Source: Marsupella aquatica
Taxonomy: Eukaryota > Plantae > Marchantiophyta
Assembly: GCA_973895155.1 (NCBI GenBank)
Contig: OZ316892.1
Span: 7,981,251 to 8,045,250 of the forward strand
Length of the DNA stretch: 64,000 bases
Reading direction: 5' to 3'
The translations under genes were made by a program, and so were the position numbers. Below are positions 1-13,260 of the stretch, one piece after another. Numbering within the stretch: position 1 is the first letter of the stretch; the number at the start of each line of letters is the position of its first letter. The notes below the pieces were generated by a model, which was not told where the DNA came from, did no database searches, and saw only the letters and a program-made list of their open reading frames with translations.

Positions 1-427
1 CTGTACAATGGGGCTGCAATCCTAACATACTTCAGATCCTTGAGCCAGATGAGTTTGAAATTAGAGAGATGGGGCTGCCAAGTATGAGCACATCGCCCTA
101 ACTTGATGCTATAATGTTACATGTCTGTATTTGGTAGTTACAAATCTAATCGGGCCATTATTGATTCAATTTGTGGTTTTATTTGAGGGCTTTTATTCAG
201 TACTCTTACCTAGGTATTCTAATTTTGTGGATTTTATATTCTCACCTGGATAGCATAAAATTTATCGCAATGGTGAATATTCAAATTTTTTGAATAATTT
301 GAAATTATTCATAAAGGTCATGTTTATGAATTTGAAATTATTGAAATTTGAATTTGAAAAAGTATTCATAAAGGTCATGTTTATGCAGATTTTAAAAGAG
401 ATTGTTGTTACTTTATTTATTCTTACA

Positions 428-2669
428 GAAGATACCAGATAGAAAATTCCATTTCCATGTGTGTCTTGAAACTGAGGGAGGAAGCAGACACTGAGACAGA
501 GAGAATGATTCACTCCTCTTTTGCTTTCAAGCTTGGTCTTCCCAATCCCACAATTCAAGTTGTTGCAGCTAATCAGGGTTTTCTTGTGCAGCTAATCAAT
601 TTGAGAGAACACATATTAAGATCAAGAACAGGCTGAGCTAGAGTCAATGATTGGTAGTATCCCACTTCATTTTGCGCCAGAAACAATGCCTGGACAAGAT
701 TCATGGTGCAAAATTTTGGATTGCCACAAATTAGAAGTACTAGTCTGACTGCCCGAGCTTTGCTAAGGCCCATGGTTGCCTTCCCAACCTGTGACCTCAC
801 CCTGAAATTTGCCGCCACCCAAGTCTGTGTAGAGGCTTCACTCTAGACCACAGGAGTGTAGCTTTGATCACAATTATTAGTGAGATTTTCTACATTGTGG
901 AAGTACAATAGCTCATCCAGATGGTTTATTGCAAATGTAGGTCCAGATGCACTCCCAGGAACTGAAAGATACGATTGTTTTGCTGAAGAAGAGACATCAG
1001 GAAGCAACTATGTGGTTAGGAAGTGGGTGCTAGCAGCGAAGAAGTATGCTGGAAACATTGAAAAGGCTCGTTCAAGAGACCATGCAATGAATCAACTAAG
1101 AAAAGAAATGGAGATCTGTGAACAAAACATGACAAAATTCCTTGAAAGTTGTAGATTGAATTTTGAATTCAAAAAAAGGCATCCACTTCACCAATTTAGA
1201 AAGGTTTGTGACAAATTTACTCATGTTTTTCTCTCCACTGTAATTTTTCATTAGTTTGTTCAAGAAAACTAAATAAGCTTTACATGCATGTACCCCTTAT
1301 GACTATTAGTACATTGTCAGTAGCCATGAAAATAGTGGCATACTTGTATTTAAAGTATGAAAGTTCAAACTTCTATGGACTTTTATGATCCTCTCTAGTG
1401 TTTGGTTTTTGATCTTCTACAAGTGAAGTTTTTCAGTTGTCTTAATCTCATATACTTTTTTTTAATTTATACACAAATCCATGCACATACATGGGAGGGT
1501 ATGCATGTTGGGTTAGTGTCAATGCCTCACAATCAAAAACACTTATTGGTTTTTCACCTATGCTATGTATGGGCAGGGTATTAAGATTGCTAATCTTCTC
1601 CTGCACATCCCCAGCAAGGGAGACAAGGCAATCAAATTTATACTTGAAATTGTCAAGAAGGCCCTAGGTAAATTAGAGCATAAACTCACTGACTCACCAG
1701 AATGGATATTGATTTTTTAAACTTAATTAAAGACTTTATCCTATTGCCACCTTTGAGTTTTCCCTTAGTTTTTCCTTGATGGCAATAAGCATAAAGGCTT
1801 TGAATTTGTGACAGTTTTGGAGGAATAAATCTGGTAAATGATGCAGCTCATTGAAGTACATATTAATACATGCATATAAATATGGAAAACAAATGTTTTC
1901 TGATGCACTCTTAGGGAATATAATATACATGTAAAGTAACACAAGATGAAGGGTTGTGTTCATTTGTTGTAATCTGACCAAGTGAAATCTTCCACTATAA
2001 CTTTGACTGCAAAATAATAGCATAACATGATGTTGTCTTTTGAAGGATATATAATAGTGAAATGAGCATCATTTCCTTCAAAAGGCCACCATAAGATACT
2101 TCATTAACCAAAGAAGCATAGTGGAAAAGAAACTCCATACAAGCATTCAGTTGTTGAACTATCTAGGCACATCATGGAAATTGAATTTGTTTCTTCCAGG
2201 ACCATGCGCTTGCAGAAAACGAGATCAATTGACTATAAGCCAAATGGCTGCTAGAAGGGTTTTGGAGCTTGAGAAAGAAAAATCAGAACAACACAGGACC
2301 TACTACCCAAAGGGATCTGCTGGGTGGAAAGCAAGATATGCATCGTCCCCAAATTTTTTACTACGGTCCTCCATGGAAATGTCCAAGGATCCATCAAAGT
2401 CTTCTTCATTGTCAGTAACACGGGCACCCATTGCAAAAAGATCAAAGTCACGAGCTGAAATCATATCAATCCCAGACCATCCACACTTATCACAGCAGAG
2501 CTCACAGACATCCTCTAAAGAACGAGCACTATATGCCCAGCTATATCTACAACAGTCACCCTTTCTTTCTCACTTCCTTACAAGGTCATCTTTCAAAGGG
2601 GAACTCAGACCAGGTAATTCAAAGTTTTGGTCTGCAGTTAGAATGGTTTACCTAGTCCATGCAAAGTGA
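428..2669 (+). pseudogene. Degenerate multi-exon coding remnant of unknown, probably transposon-derived, protein
   Basis: Exon-like blocks bounded by AG/GT (about 941-1203 GPDALPGTERY...HQFRK|GT; from about 2200 after TTCCAG) in a CpG-depleted background; stops in the upstream blocks. No recognisable domain. Confidence 0.3.
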
Positions 2670-3779
2670 TAAATTAACAATGAAATAAATTTGTCTTGGT
2701 TAGTAAAAATAGTGAACAGTTTTATGTTCACGTCACTGATCACATACATACATTTGGGTTGTTGGGAAGGTGTAACCACTGTCTTGCCTTGCCATGAACC
2801 ACTCCAATCTTGGGAAAGCTTAGATTATTACATGGTATATCATTTCATCCTCCCTAACTTGGCAGATCGAGGCTAAATCAGAAAGCTAGAGCTGATAATC
2901 ATCTCATCAATCAATAAGAAAATTGTAAATTGAGAAATCATTTGATCCACTGCAACTAGACTCCATAACTGATATACTCTCAACTTCTTTGCAGAGAAGG
3001 TTATTTTGTTTGTATCAAATTCAGTGAAAGTTGAGATGTGCTAGTAAAACGCACCATGCACCCTTAGCAGGCATAATCAGGTGCTTCTCCTGACTTCTTA
3101 ACTTCACTCCACACTTGACCAACATTTTGGTTTAATGTTGCAGCTCGTCAACACTCTCTAATCATAGGAATGTATGCTTCTTTATAACTATGGTACTTAA
3201 ATTGATTTCCCAACACAAAAGCCAAAATAGTAAACAAAAAAAGTTTAAATTAAGTCAATGAGCTAAGGCCCAATCCAATTTGGTCATGATATATAAGTGA
3301 CTAGTGAGAATCCAACTTTTCTCATTTGTAAAATCATTTCATGTTGCAAAGCAAGGTGACAAGCCCACGTAAGACCAATCCACTGTTTGTTTCTCTACCT
3401 TTAGTACAGTCATGTGGCAAGTTTTGTGTTCCAATTGTGCACTGGGAAACCATGCTTCCTTATAGAGGACCCATAAATATGGGGCAGATGTCTCCACTTG
3501 GACCACAAACAAGTCCAACTAGTGCTTGATGATCCAGAATTAAAGCTCACAATACTCATGCCCTGTTTCACAGAGAACTTGCCAATACATGGCTAGTTAA
3601 GGAGCATCAATGATTGATGTAACTCCAGCTACAATCCTGCATTCTTGAGAAATAATTGAGCTTGTACGGGTGACTTTACAAGATGTGGGGGCACTTGTGA
3701 CTTTTTTTTACCAAATCAAACTGAAGGCTGGGCCACTTCTTGCTCTAAAAATGGATTCAAGACCAGAAATCTCTTGAAA

Positions 3780-3945
3780 TGAAGGTAGATATATGCAAAT
3801 GAAGGAGCCAAAGTTTGGAAATGTTTCAATTTGGGCCGTCTCTGGACGTAGTCTAATTAAAATTCTAGTCAAAAATAAGCACTCAACATCAGCATTTACG
3901 TGGACCTACTACTTGCCATGTAGGGTTGGTAGACACCATAGCATA
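3780..3945 (+). mobile_element. Fragment homologous to the Harbinger-like end at 23469-23640
   Basis: Shares 'ggagccaaagtttg' and 'ctacttgccatgtagg.tggtagacaccata' with 23520-23637. Confidence 0.65.
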
Positions 3946-4229
3946 ATGGACCCAGAGCTCGTGTAAAGCCAATTGCAGATTTAATCTCAGAGGGGATAGA
4001 AAGAAGCAATTGGCCCCCAACCTGCCACACCCCCAAGGCTTATATGTTAATAAGTATATATGCTCTCCCAATAGTAGTAAACGTCAACAGTTGTAGTCAG
4101 TTGACTGAGAGCAGAGACTGAAATGTTCTTTCCACTGGTTTGGGTACCTTGCCAATTTCTTTCCAATGGGTTTCATAATGTCATCGCTTCTTGCAACCTA
4201 GCTACTTTCACTAGCTGCCATGTTTGACT

Positions 4230-4450
4230 CAGTGGCGCCATGGCTGGACTAGAATATCAAATTATATATCACACTGCCCAAGGGCAAAAAATGCCAAACC
4301 GGGAGACATGATCCCAAAGGCAAAGCAACCCAATGAAGGGAAGGAAAAGGGGGAAAGGGCCCAAGAAAAACAAGCCAAGGGGACCCCAACCAAAAACCAA
4401 CAAAGAAGCAAGGGCCAAAAAAGGGGAACCAACAAAGGAGCCATGAAGGC
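4230..4450 (-). repeat. Dispersed pyrimidine-rich repeat (related copies at about 10810-11050 and 53190-53360, + strand)
   Basis: Reverse complement 'attgggttgctttgcctttgg...ttgggcagtgtgatatata' matches 53278-53340; weaker match 'ttgggcatgtgattgg' near 11016-11031. Confidence 0.6.
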
Positions 4451-5331
4451 GAACACCCTACTGAGCGGGGAACTGAAAAGCATGGTAGATCTCCGGAGTA
4501 AACTGCATAGGAGGGTCACGTAGCGGAACCTGCCGGGAAGCCCTAAAACCTACTGCCTCAACCCTACGAAGGAGGGTGAAAGCCTGGGCCCGCTGAAGAG
4601 CCACATTTGAAGTGGGCATTATTTTTGCAAAAAAATTCAAATGATTCCTAAAATTTGTCAGTGTTCCCGGTTTCTCCGCCGATGCTGAATCTGACATAAA
4701 GCACAATGTGGAAGTTCAGGCACAGATTAATTTATATTGCTGCCAGATTTCCAGCATTTCCTGGCAACTTTTTGAAGCATCCAGTCCGGGGCAATCTACT
4801 TTTTTAGTAGAATCTATGTTGAATACTTAACATATGTGTACTGGGAAAGTCTGGTAGTGCCTTACATGGCTTGTTTGAGCAAGACAGATTCACAAACTAA
4901 CTTTTTTTGCTGATGGATGAATTATTGAGCGTTTCCCAACCAACTTTGGGGGTTGGGTTGGGTAAGGAGAGGGCCCGGGAGAGGGACGTGATAAGAGCAA
5001 GGTTCCATGCAGGGAGGAGCAGGGGGGTACGAACAATGCCAAGCAGGTGGGGCCTGGTGGAATGACAACAAGAGTTCACAAGTACAAGTGAGGGAGCCTA
5101 CACCCGAGTCTACAAATACAGGAGGCAGGGAGTATGGGAAGCCCACACACTCCTAGGTTGCACTCCCTCCACTTTGCACTCTGGCCCCTATTGGCCTCAA
5201 ACTGGTACTGTAGAAATCAGTTATTAATACCTTTGTGTAGCACTAACTAACACTTGTGCAAGGGCTCACAGAGACTAGTACCTTCTTATCCGGCCCACAC
5301 AACCTTGCTGTAAAGGGGTCACTGTGGGGGT

Positions 5332-5560
5332 AGAGTGAGGGGAGGGGTGCTATTATTTTCTTCCATCGGCCATCCCCGCGGTTTATTGTATTTGACCTCC
5401 TTTGGTTTGTTTTTCTTTGCATTTCTCTTGCCCCCAGTTTTATGTTTGCATGACCTGTTGGATATAATTGATTTCACCCTATATGGCCCCCAGTTTACCC
5501 CCATTCTTAACTCTTTTTCAATAATTTGATTCTCATTCAAGCAGGGCTCAAACACTAGCA
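5332..5560 (+). mobile_element. Polypurine tract plus 3' LTR (5348-5560) of a truncated LTR retroelement or TRIM
   Basis: Purine run AGAGTGAGGGGAGGGG immediately precedes TGCTA; the unit ends in TAGCA 213 bp later (inverted termini, TG...CA). Confidence 0.5.
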
Positions 5561-8011
5561 TATTTCCTGTTGATAGTTTGCTACCATATCAGTAAAACAC
5601 TTGTCTATTATCTTGATAATATTTGAGATTGTCTAAGTAAGTAGCTGGCAGGACACAACGATCAGATGGGTTATGAGATGGAGCAATGCTATTTGAAAGA
5701 ACTTACGTGTAAGGTAAATGCTTGGGCTCTTGGGAGGGAGTTATCCTAAATCCTTGCCCTTGGGCAGAGTCCCATTCAAGGGCTTTCATTTGGAGAACTT
5801 CCCACACTGGAGGGCCTTAAATTGCTTTGAATCATGACCAGAAATCTGTGTCAAGTCATAGAGAATACCTCCTCTTTCCAGGCTGTAGAGTGCATTCTGC
5901 TTTCCTCCCTATTAAAGTTTTCCACAAATGAAACAGTTAAGATGTAGGGTGAGTAGTCTGGTGGAAACTACTACCTGAATTTCCTGGCTTGTACAAGTTA
6001 ACTCACAAAAGTCTCCGTGAGTTTCCCAGTACTATTGTTCTCTTACCGTCATGCTTTGCGAGCAGCATATGTCAGGATCAATGGCCAATGGCTGCCTCCC
6101 AACCCGGGTGGCCACACTTACTGGGCTCACAAATCAACTTACAGGGTTGACTGCAGGATACTTATCTCAGAAGGGTTTAGGGTTTAGGGCTTGGTTGATC
6201 GTTGAACCCTATAGCTCAGACAGGCTGTACCAGAAGCCTAAAGTAGGTTGGGTCATCTGGCTCTGGATCATTTACAGAATACTCTCTCTTACATTCTCTT
6301 GATAAAATGCTTCCAATCTACAAAGTAGATTTTTGGGCAAGGCTTAAACAATGGAGGGTCTGTTTGGGATGCAAGACCAACATGTTTTCCCTTGATATAT
6401 AGCATGCTCATCCCAGAACACACTTCAGTTTTTTTCTCTTGTATCTTAATGAGCTCTAATGAAAGGAAAAATTTCTTCAAGAGGCTATAATAATTATGGG
6501 CTGTATGCTATGAGTGGGAAGTAATGTAGGGAGGAAGGAGAGGCAAAGGTAAGAAAGTACAGCTCAGAGATAAAGGAATAAAGGAGCCAGTGGCGAGTGG
6601 GGAGGGGCCACTAAGTACAAAGGATGCACTATCTAAATAAAGCATTTATTATGATCATGACAGTGTCCTGAGTTTACCTCTGTGGTTGCAGCTCAGAATT
6701 GGGAAGAGCCAAAGAAACAAAGGAAACACCTCCTAAAACATAATTAAAAATTAAACAAGCACTAATAGAAAATTACAGTTTGCCATATAGTATGTTCATC
6801 TAACTACATAGGCGCAATGTGAACCTACTATTTAGGGCTTATGGTATAGGTTGAAGCTTCTAGACAAGGACTCTGAATCTACTAATTGAGGCTTATGGTC
6901 TAGAGTGAAGCCTCAAGATGGTGACTATGGGTGTGAAAAAGGGATTGGTTGCAGAGTGAGTCTCTGAAAATAGCACAGCATGTGGGGAATCACTCTAAAC
7001 CAATTGAACAAAAATAGGTGAAAAGGCCAACAAGCATGAATGTGAGCACCTCTGTTTACATTCAAAGAACCTGATGTTTGGCTAGTCATGAGAGTCACAA
7101 GGACTGTTCACTGATCATGGAGGATAATTGCACATTTAATTAACAAAGAGATCCAAACCATACACTCTTACCAATAAGTGCACAATCTGACAAGTTTGCA
7201 CTTATCACATGGTGCAAACCCTCATTTAGTGCACACAGGATGCTTCTTCCCGGGAGTGTGCACTTGTTAGAGAGTTAAAATGAGGCGACCCTATACGTTT
7301 AGATGCTTTGTCGTAGATCGTACTCAAACTCATCCCAGGATTCCATATTATGTAGAGAGACAGAATGCGAGCTTCCGGAAGTGAAGCACCGATTTGCTTG
7401 CTTCCTAGTCCTGAAAGGAATTCTTCTATCGTGGATTGCATTCCGCTGTTTCAGCTCGACACACTCCCTGATTCGCTCAACCTCCGCTTTCCTGGAATTA
7501 TTGAAGATTGATAAAACTGTGCACACAATTGTGATTAGGCTTCTGGACCGGGATGATATTTTAACACGATCGTTGGGATGCCCATTCCATGAATCAAGAG
7601 ATTCACATTAGATGTTCTTTCACATTGTTGGGCTTCCTCGAGGTCTGGTTCGTCGGTGCTTGCGATGGTCTCAAGATCGTTGTCGTTTGACTAATTGGGT
7701 TTAATTCCACGGACTGGTCACATTCATTGCTCTCTATGTTCAGGGATCAGTAGATGACTCTTGAAAATTCTTGATTGTTCTCAACAGTGGTAGCTGCAGC
7801 GGGTCCTGTAGGAGGGGTGAGCTTCTTTAGTTCTGGCTTTCGTGCGAATATTACCATTTTGTGCTGATCGGTTTCGAGAGAGTTTGCTTGGGATCTTTGA
7901 ACCTGTCATCATCTATCGGCTGGATACGAATTCGAGAATCATTGATTGGTCAGATCCTCCTCTATCTCAAGATAATTGGCTCAAATTGTGTTCCTCCTTG
8001 TCGGGAAGGAG

Positions 8012-9427
8012 ATGGGGAGAATGGCTGAGGCACTTGCCGCTTCTAAAGTGCCTTTAGCCGATGTGGTGATCACCTCTGTCAAGCCACTGCAAAGGACGCA
8101 TCATGTCGAGACTATCGATACAACTTTCATGGATTTGGCTCCCTTGGACGGCTTTATTCCTCTGTTTTTCGCCTACAGATTGGAGGACAAGTCCGAGGTT
8201 AAGTACTTGCAGTTGTTGAGCCGGCTGAAAGAGTCTCTACAGAAAGTTTTAGTTTTATTTTTCGGGTTTGCTGGACGGTGGATCGCAATAACGAAGGGCT
8301 GTCGAGATCGGCAGCTGTTGTGCAACGATGAAGGTGTCCCCTTCATTGAGGCGTATGTGGACAAAGATCTAGACTTAGTTGTGCAGGCTTCTGCTGCATT
8401 CCAACCGGTCTCCGAGCTGCAGGGCTACGAGCTCCTTGGAATGGATTCAACTCAGTATGCGCAAGAGATGCTGCCAGAAGGATTACCTTGCTTATTCGTC
8501 CAACTCACTAGATTCCGATGTGGTGGTGTGGTTGTGGCGACCACATTCAATCACATGCTCACGGACGGGAAAGGTTTCTTCAATTTCCTGACGGCTTGGA
8601 CGGACCTCTCTCGCACCAATCAAACAAATGTCAAGGTGGACCATAATCGAGCGTTGACGGAGAAGCCATCATTTAAAGCATTCCTCTCCAAACATGTTGT
8701 TCCTAGCTTAGCTTCTACTGGTAGCACAAAGTCGCCCCAGTGGGCCTTGAAAGCCTTTGAGGTGAGCAGATCTACCATAAAATCGCTAAAAGAAGAAGCC
8801 AAAGACAACAAATGTGGACCTGGGTTTGTTAGCACTGGAGATTGCATCCTTGCTCATGTGTGGAAATGCATGTCGAGGGTGCCTTCCTCCATGCTTGGGG
8901 GAAAGAAGCTCGTCATCACCATGAATGTGGAGGGAAGAAATAGGTACTATGACCCTCCTATTCCCGATTTGTGTGGAAATGTTATGGCAGCTATGGTAGC
9001 TCCCAAGGTTCCCGCCAACGAGGTTCAGGCTATGCCTGTGGCTTCCATTGCAAGTAAGATACGTGAGAAGCTCCTAAATACAAGCAGGGAAGAATGGCTT
9101 AGCTTGGAAAGGTTAGAGGAAAATTTAGAAGTGCTCTCGAGTGGCCAATTCGCTCCGATCAGGACGACGTCTTGGTTTGGCTTTCCCCTATACAATATGG
9201 ATTTTGGGTTTGGCACACCATACTTTGTATCAGGGCTAAACTATCTTTGCTCTCTTAACGCTCTAGGCATTATGTACATAGGACCGCCAATCCCAAGTAG
9301 CTCGGATTCCATTGCAATCTTGTATGTTTGCTCTACTCCAGAAGTATTGCAGGCGCTTCAGTGTGATCCAGAGTTTCCCCTCCTCTTTTGTCCTGAAGGA
9401 AAAGCCAGTGAGAGTTCTCTTTGTTAA
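8012..9427 (+). CDS. BAHD-family acyl-CoA acyltransferase, single coding exon (start ATG 8012 or 8021)
   Basis: About 470-aa ORF with HXXXD motif (HMLTDG), DFGFG motif, 'LKESLQKVLVLFFGFAGR', 'CNDEGVPFIEA' and 'VQLTRFRCGG', all BAHD hallmarks. Confidence 0.95.
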   Translation: MGRMAEALAASKVPLADVVITSVKPLQRTHHVETIDTTFMDLAPLDGFIPLFFAYRLEDKSEVKYLQLLSRLKESLQKVLVLFFGFAGRWIAITKGCRDRQLLCNDEGVPFIEAYVDKDLDLVVQASAAFQPVSELQGYELLGMDSTQYAQEMLPEGLPCLFVQLTRFRCGGVVVATTFNHMLTDGKGFFNFLTAWTDLSRTNQTNVKVDHNRALTEKPSFKAFLSKHVVPSLASTGSTKSPQWALKAFEVSRSTIKSLKEEAKDNKCGPGFVSTGDCILAHVWKCMSRVPSSMLGGKKLVITMNVEGRNRYYDPPIPDLCGNVMAAMVAPKVPANEVQAMPVASIASKIREKLLNTSREEWLSLERLEENLEVLSSGQFAPIRTTSWFGFPLYNMDFGFGTPYFVSGLNYLCSLNALGIMYIGPPIPSSSDSIAILYVCSTPEVLQALQCDPEFPLLFCPEGKASESSLC

Positions 9428-9869
9428 GGCAGCTCTCAAATGCAACCTCTGAACTGGCTCCCAATTTTGATCCCGTGGCCCTCGTAGATGCCCATGGACC
9501 TCAAGTTTATCAGTGTATTCCGTTTTAGCCTGCTGCGCACCCATGATATTTTGAGATCCATCAAATCAATGGGAACTTATTTCACTGCTGTCTTGGTCAA
9601 CAGCGTCTTCCTGGCATAAATTTTCGCAAGGCATTACACACGTGTTAAGAGTATTGGCAAGCAGGCAATTTGAGTTGTAGATTCTCAGAGCATGGCACCA
9701 CTGACATCTGATGGACATCTCCAGAAGGCATTGGACTTCCGTTGGAAGTAATACAGGAGTACCAGTCGAGGACTGAGTTCCTTGACATTTCAACCTGTTT
9801 TATGAATGGTAAAATAAAAAACACTCTTCTCATGCATTCATCTGCTTGGAACCAAAACCAGCGAGCATG

Positions 9870-9990
9870 TCGACTGAAAATCCTTTCGGAATCGCAAAGT
9901 CTCATTACATCAGAACGATTGAATAGACTCATTTCTGAACAAGAAGTAGCAACTGTGATTAAAGCTTTCCTTCCAGTGCGAAGTGGATTG
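9870..9990 (+). mobile_element. Possible L1-type LINE ORF2 remnant
   Basis: LNRLISEQEVATVIKAF resembles the pre-RT L1 motif (L..pit.eEv..aik.l); the following KxPGxDG motif is not preserved. Confidence 0.3.
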
Positions 9991-11847
9991 CAACGCAGAG
10001 AAAGGGCGCTTGATTACACTCAAACCATTCTCCGCGCTCAGTGCACTTCAAGCTTGTAATCGGTTCTCATTTGTGGAAGAAGCCAGATTGAAATTTGCTG
10101 AAGTATGGGCATACGGATCATAAAAGACCGGAGACATAAAGTGGTTCTGTACCGTTGGCCCAATCCAATGGCCTCGTTGACGTCTCTACGCTTTCTGCTT
10201 TCCAGGCTTTCCATGAAAGCACGTACCAACACGAAACACCACATTGCCTTCGTTTCCGTCTGTGGGTTTGCCTTGATTGGAGAGAGCTACGAATTACGAG
10301 ATTTGAGTTTGGAAATCTTATCGTTCTCCAACTAAGCGTAAGACGGATCGGGCGATCGCCTTCTTTCCACGAACCTCCTAGGCATTTGCGTTTCAAATCC
10401 TTCAACTTCTGAACTACTTTTGTTCGATCAAAGAGGGAAGATTATTTAAGTCGATGACAAGGCAAGGTAATCTGGTTCTAGAGTTGAGCCCATTGGATGA
10501 TACTTGAAGGTATAGTTCCATGCTAGTCAATTTTTACCAGTTTGCATTGGAGGTCAGGGAGCTGTACACCATATATATGACAATTTCTCCTGATCAGATG
10601 GGATCTTTTGTGCAAAGCAATGACTTCATCCCTAGTTTCTGTCCTCATAGCCTCGTTAGACAGAAGGAGGTTGTTGCACTATAGAGGGCTGAAACATTCA
10701 CTATAGTGTGGATAGCGCAAGGTTGTTGGTGTTAGTATCTATAGACAAATTCATCTTTGTGACCTTCCTAAAAGGTTTACTTGTGAGCTTTAATGCTAAG
10801 TAGGGCTTTAGTCCTTTGCCCTTGGTTGGGGCTTTTTTCGCCTTCCTAGGTATTCCCCTTATTTTCTCCTTTTTATTGGGTCTCTACCTTTGGGGATCTT
10901 GCTTCCCCATCATGCTCTTTTTCTTCTTTGGCACCATTGTTTCCTCCATGTTATTGGATTTCCACCTTCTCTCCCCAATCTGGCCCTTTCTGTTCTTTGA
11001 CAGCCCTTTTGTTCTTTGGGCATGTGATTGGCTGACCTTTAGTTAGGGCCCCCAAAATGTCCACGAACCTTATTGTGACATTTATTGTCAAAAACAGTAC
11101 TGTTAAGCATAATGTGAATATAGTAAATTTCTGTACACAGGGCATTGTGGGCCATAATTCACTTAAATGTTCTCTAGCTCAAGTTCAGAGGGGCCATTAT
11201 TGCCCATAATGCTTCTGGTAACAGTAATACACTTTTAAAAATAAATAAATTTGTACTAAAAGTGAAGGAGAAGTTTTATATAGAGCCCATTTAAACTTGG
11301 CTGTGCATTATTCTTGCTTTGAAAATTACAAAGAGAAAAATCATTACAAAACATTAAACTGTCACTCTCGACCAGATTAGTGGAGGGCCAATAGAGTGCA
11401 CTTTTTATTTCTAAAGAACATTATTGATTAATTTTGGTAACCTGGATCCACCAGGTTTTGCTCCAGGGATTGTAGTTTAAAAATCACATACTTTAGATTT
11501 GGTCACTTTTTCGGTATATAAACACCTCACATGATTTTCTTATACGGTCTTGAGAACTATTTCTATTTTCCAACTTTTTTTTTAAAAACAAGCGCATTAA
11601 GATCACATACTCTATCTTTGGTCACAGGCCCTGGTATATAAATATCTCACGTGGTGGTATATAACACCTCACTTGGTTGTTTTATATGGCAAGGAAACAT
11701 TTCTATTTTCAGACTTTTCTTTTTCTTGTTTTAAAACAAGCCACCCATTTGCATTGTATGGTTACCTTACCCATCTGCTCAGCTCAAGAGGTATGGTACC
11801 TAATTCACCGCTCAGGTATGGTTACCCAACCCACCCGCTCAGCTAAA

Positions 11848-12251
11848 GGGCTGTCTTGCATGTGAAGGTCCTGAAATAGTAGGCCCTATGTGTGATGAGG
11901 TGGAACCATGGGACTGACTGGGACTGTCCTGCCTCACCCCCTTCTTGAGCCAGTCTTCATAGCTAACAAGTGCACTTTCAAGGGCAAGGACAGCAACATT
12001 TGCGGCCCTTACTGTCCTTACTTAGCCAATTGTGTGCAACTTTTGTATGTCACTTTTGCTGACAATTCAGGAGTCCTAAAGGCCTCGACATGTTTGCAGC
12101 CCTTATCATCCCGACCTTGCAATCTCATATAAAACAAATTGAAATACTTGCCTCAGCCAATTGTCTGCACATTTTGTACTCACTTTTTGCCTACAATTAA
12201 GGAGTCATAAGGGCCCCATTTTTGAAGACGATGGAACATGCAAGCCAGCCC
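11848..12251. mobile_element. PIF/Harbinger-type MITE
   Basis: TIRs GGGCTGTCTTGCATGT / ACATGCAAGCCAGCCC with TAA-like flanks; interrupts the local repeat 'ctcagct..aagaggtatggtacc...caccgctcaggtatggttacc', which resumes after 12255. Confidence 0.75.
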
Positions 12252-12495
12252 TAATAAGGAGGTATGGTACCAAACCCACCGCTCAGGTATGGTTACCGCG
12301 CTTGCTTCGTATATTAGGGTTTGCCCTTAGTGTTCTCGATCGGCGCAGGTTTTGCTCTCCGTCCCTCATCTCTGGTACATGCTATTTGATTTGATCGGAT
12401 TCTCACAGGAGAGAAGATTGTTAGATTGTTGAGGAGGCATCGCAGCTCGACCTTGCTTTCCTTTATAGGATTCTAAACATAGCTCCACATTTTTG

Positions 12496-12746
12496 AGCGC
12501 CGGCTCTCTGTTTTCTTCTCGTTGGAGTCTTCCGCATTCAAGTGCTTCTCAGGCGATTTCCGTTCTCTGTCAAGCTTTTGTTGAAGCGAAACAACTCGTT
12601 TGAATCCCACTCCTTGTGTTGAGAACCGGCCCTCTGTACTTCTCGTAGGAGTCTTTCGCATTGGAGTGTTTCTCCTGCGTTTGTGCCTTGAAGTGTTTGT
12701 CGTTCGAGCTCTTCTTCGAGTCTAACTCTTTGTGAATCCCATTCTC
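12496..12746. repeat. Two degenerate tandem units of about 127 bp
   Basis: 'ccgg..ctctgt..cttctcgt.ggagtctt..gcatt' near 12500 and 12626; 'aactc..tgaatccca' near 12593 and 12724. Confidence 0.6.
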
Positions 12747-13201
12747 GTGGACTGCGAGAGCTTATCTTCGTTTCTTTAGAAACGGTGTCTTCTCCCATCG
12801 ATATTTTTGGTTCACGCTATGTATTTCGTCGAAGTGCACGGGTTACAGCGATGCGAGAGATGTCGACGAGTCCTTTTGAGTGTAAACGTTTGGTTGCAGA
12901 CTGAAGGTTGTGGAGGATGTCTGCGTCTTCGTGACTTGGTATGTTTCTTGTTCGATACGGCCTTATACTGAGTCTGCAGTGGTCGCCAGCCTATGGTGAA
13001 CTATCTGCCGCGTAGGGCCTAAAGGAATCTGGCTGGTTGAAGATGGTGGCTAGCTTTTCACTTAGCTATTCTCCATAATGGTCGGCCACATTGCAATAGC
13101 TGAGCTCTTCACTTCATCGTAGTTGTGGATAGCGATCCTATTGTCGTTGGCGGTGTCATTTGATTCAAAATGTTCACTCTTTGTTCGATACGATTGAAGG
13201 A

Positions 13202-13260
13202 GCCCAGACACCGGCCCAGGCACCGGCCCAGACACCGGCCCAGGCACCGGCCCAGACACC
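13202..13260. repeat. 12-bp GC-rich minisatellite (GCCCAGRCACCG) x5
   Basis: Direct reading; A and G variants alternate. Confidence 0.9.

Noticed and set aside
6172-6190. GGGTTTAGGGTTTAGGG telomere-like motif
   Set aside because: Only about two units; common telo-box-like motif, not an interstitial telomere.
7161-7278. Possible small TIR element ending AGAGAGTTAA
   Set aside because: The left TIR match is weak and there is no matching TTAA duplication.
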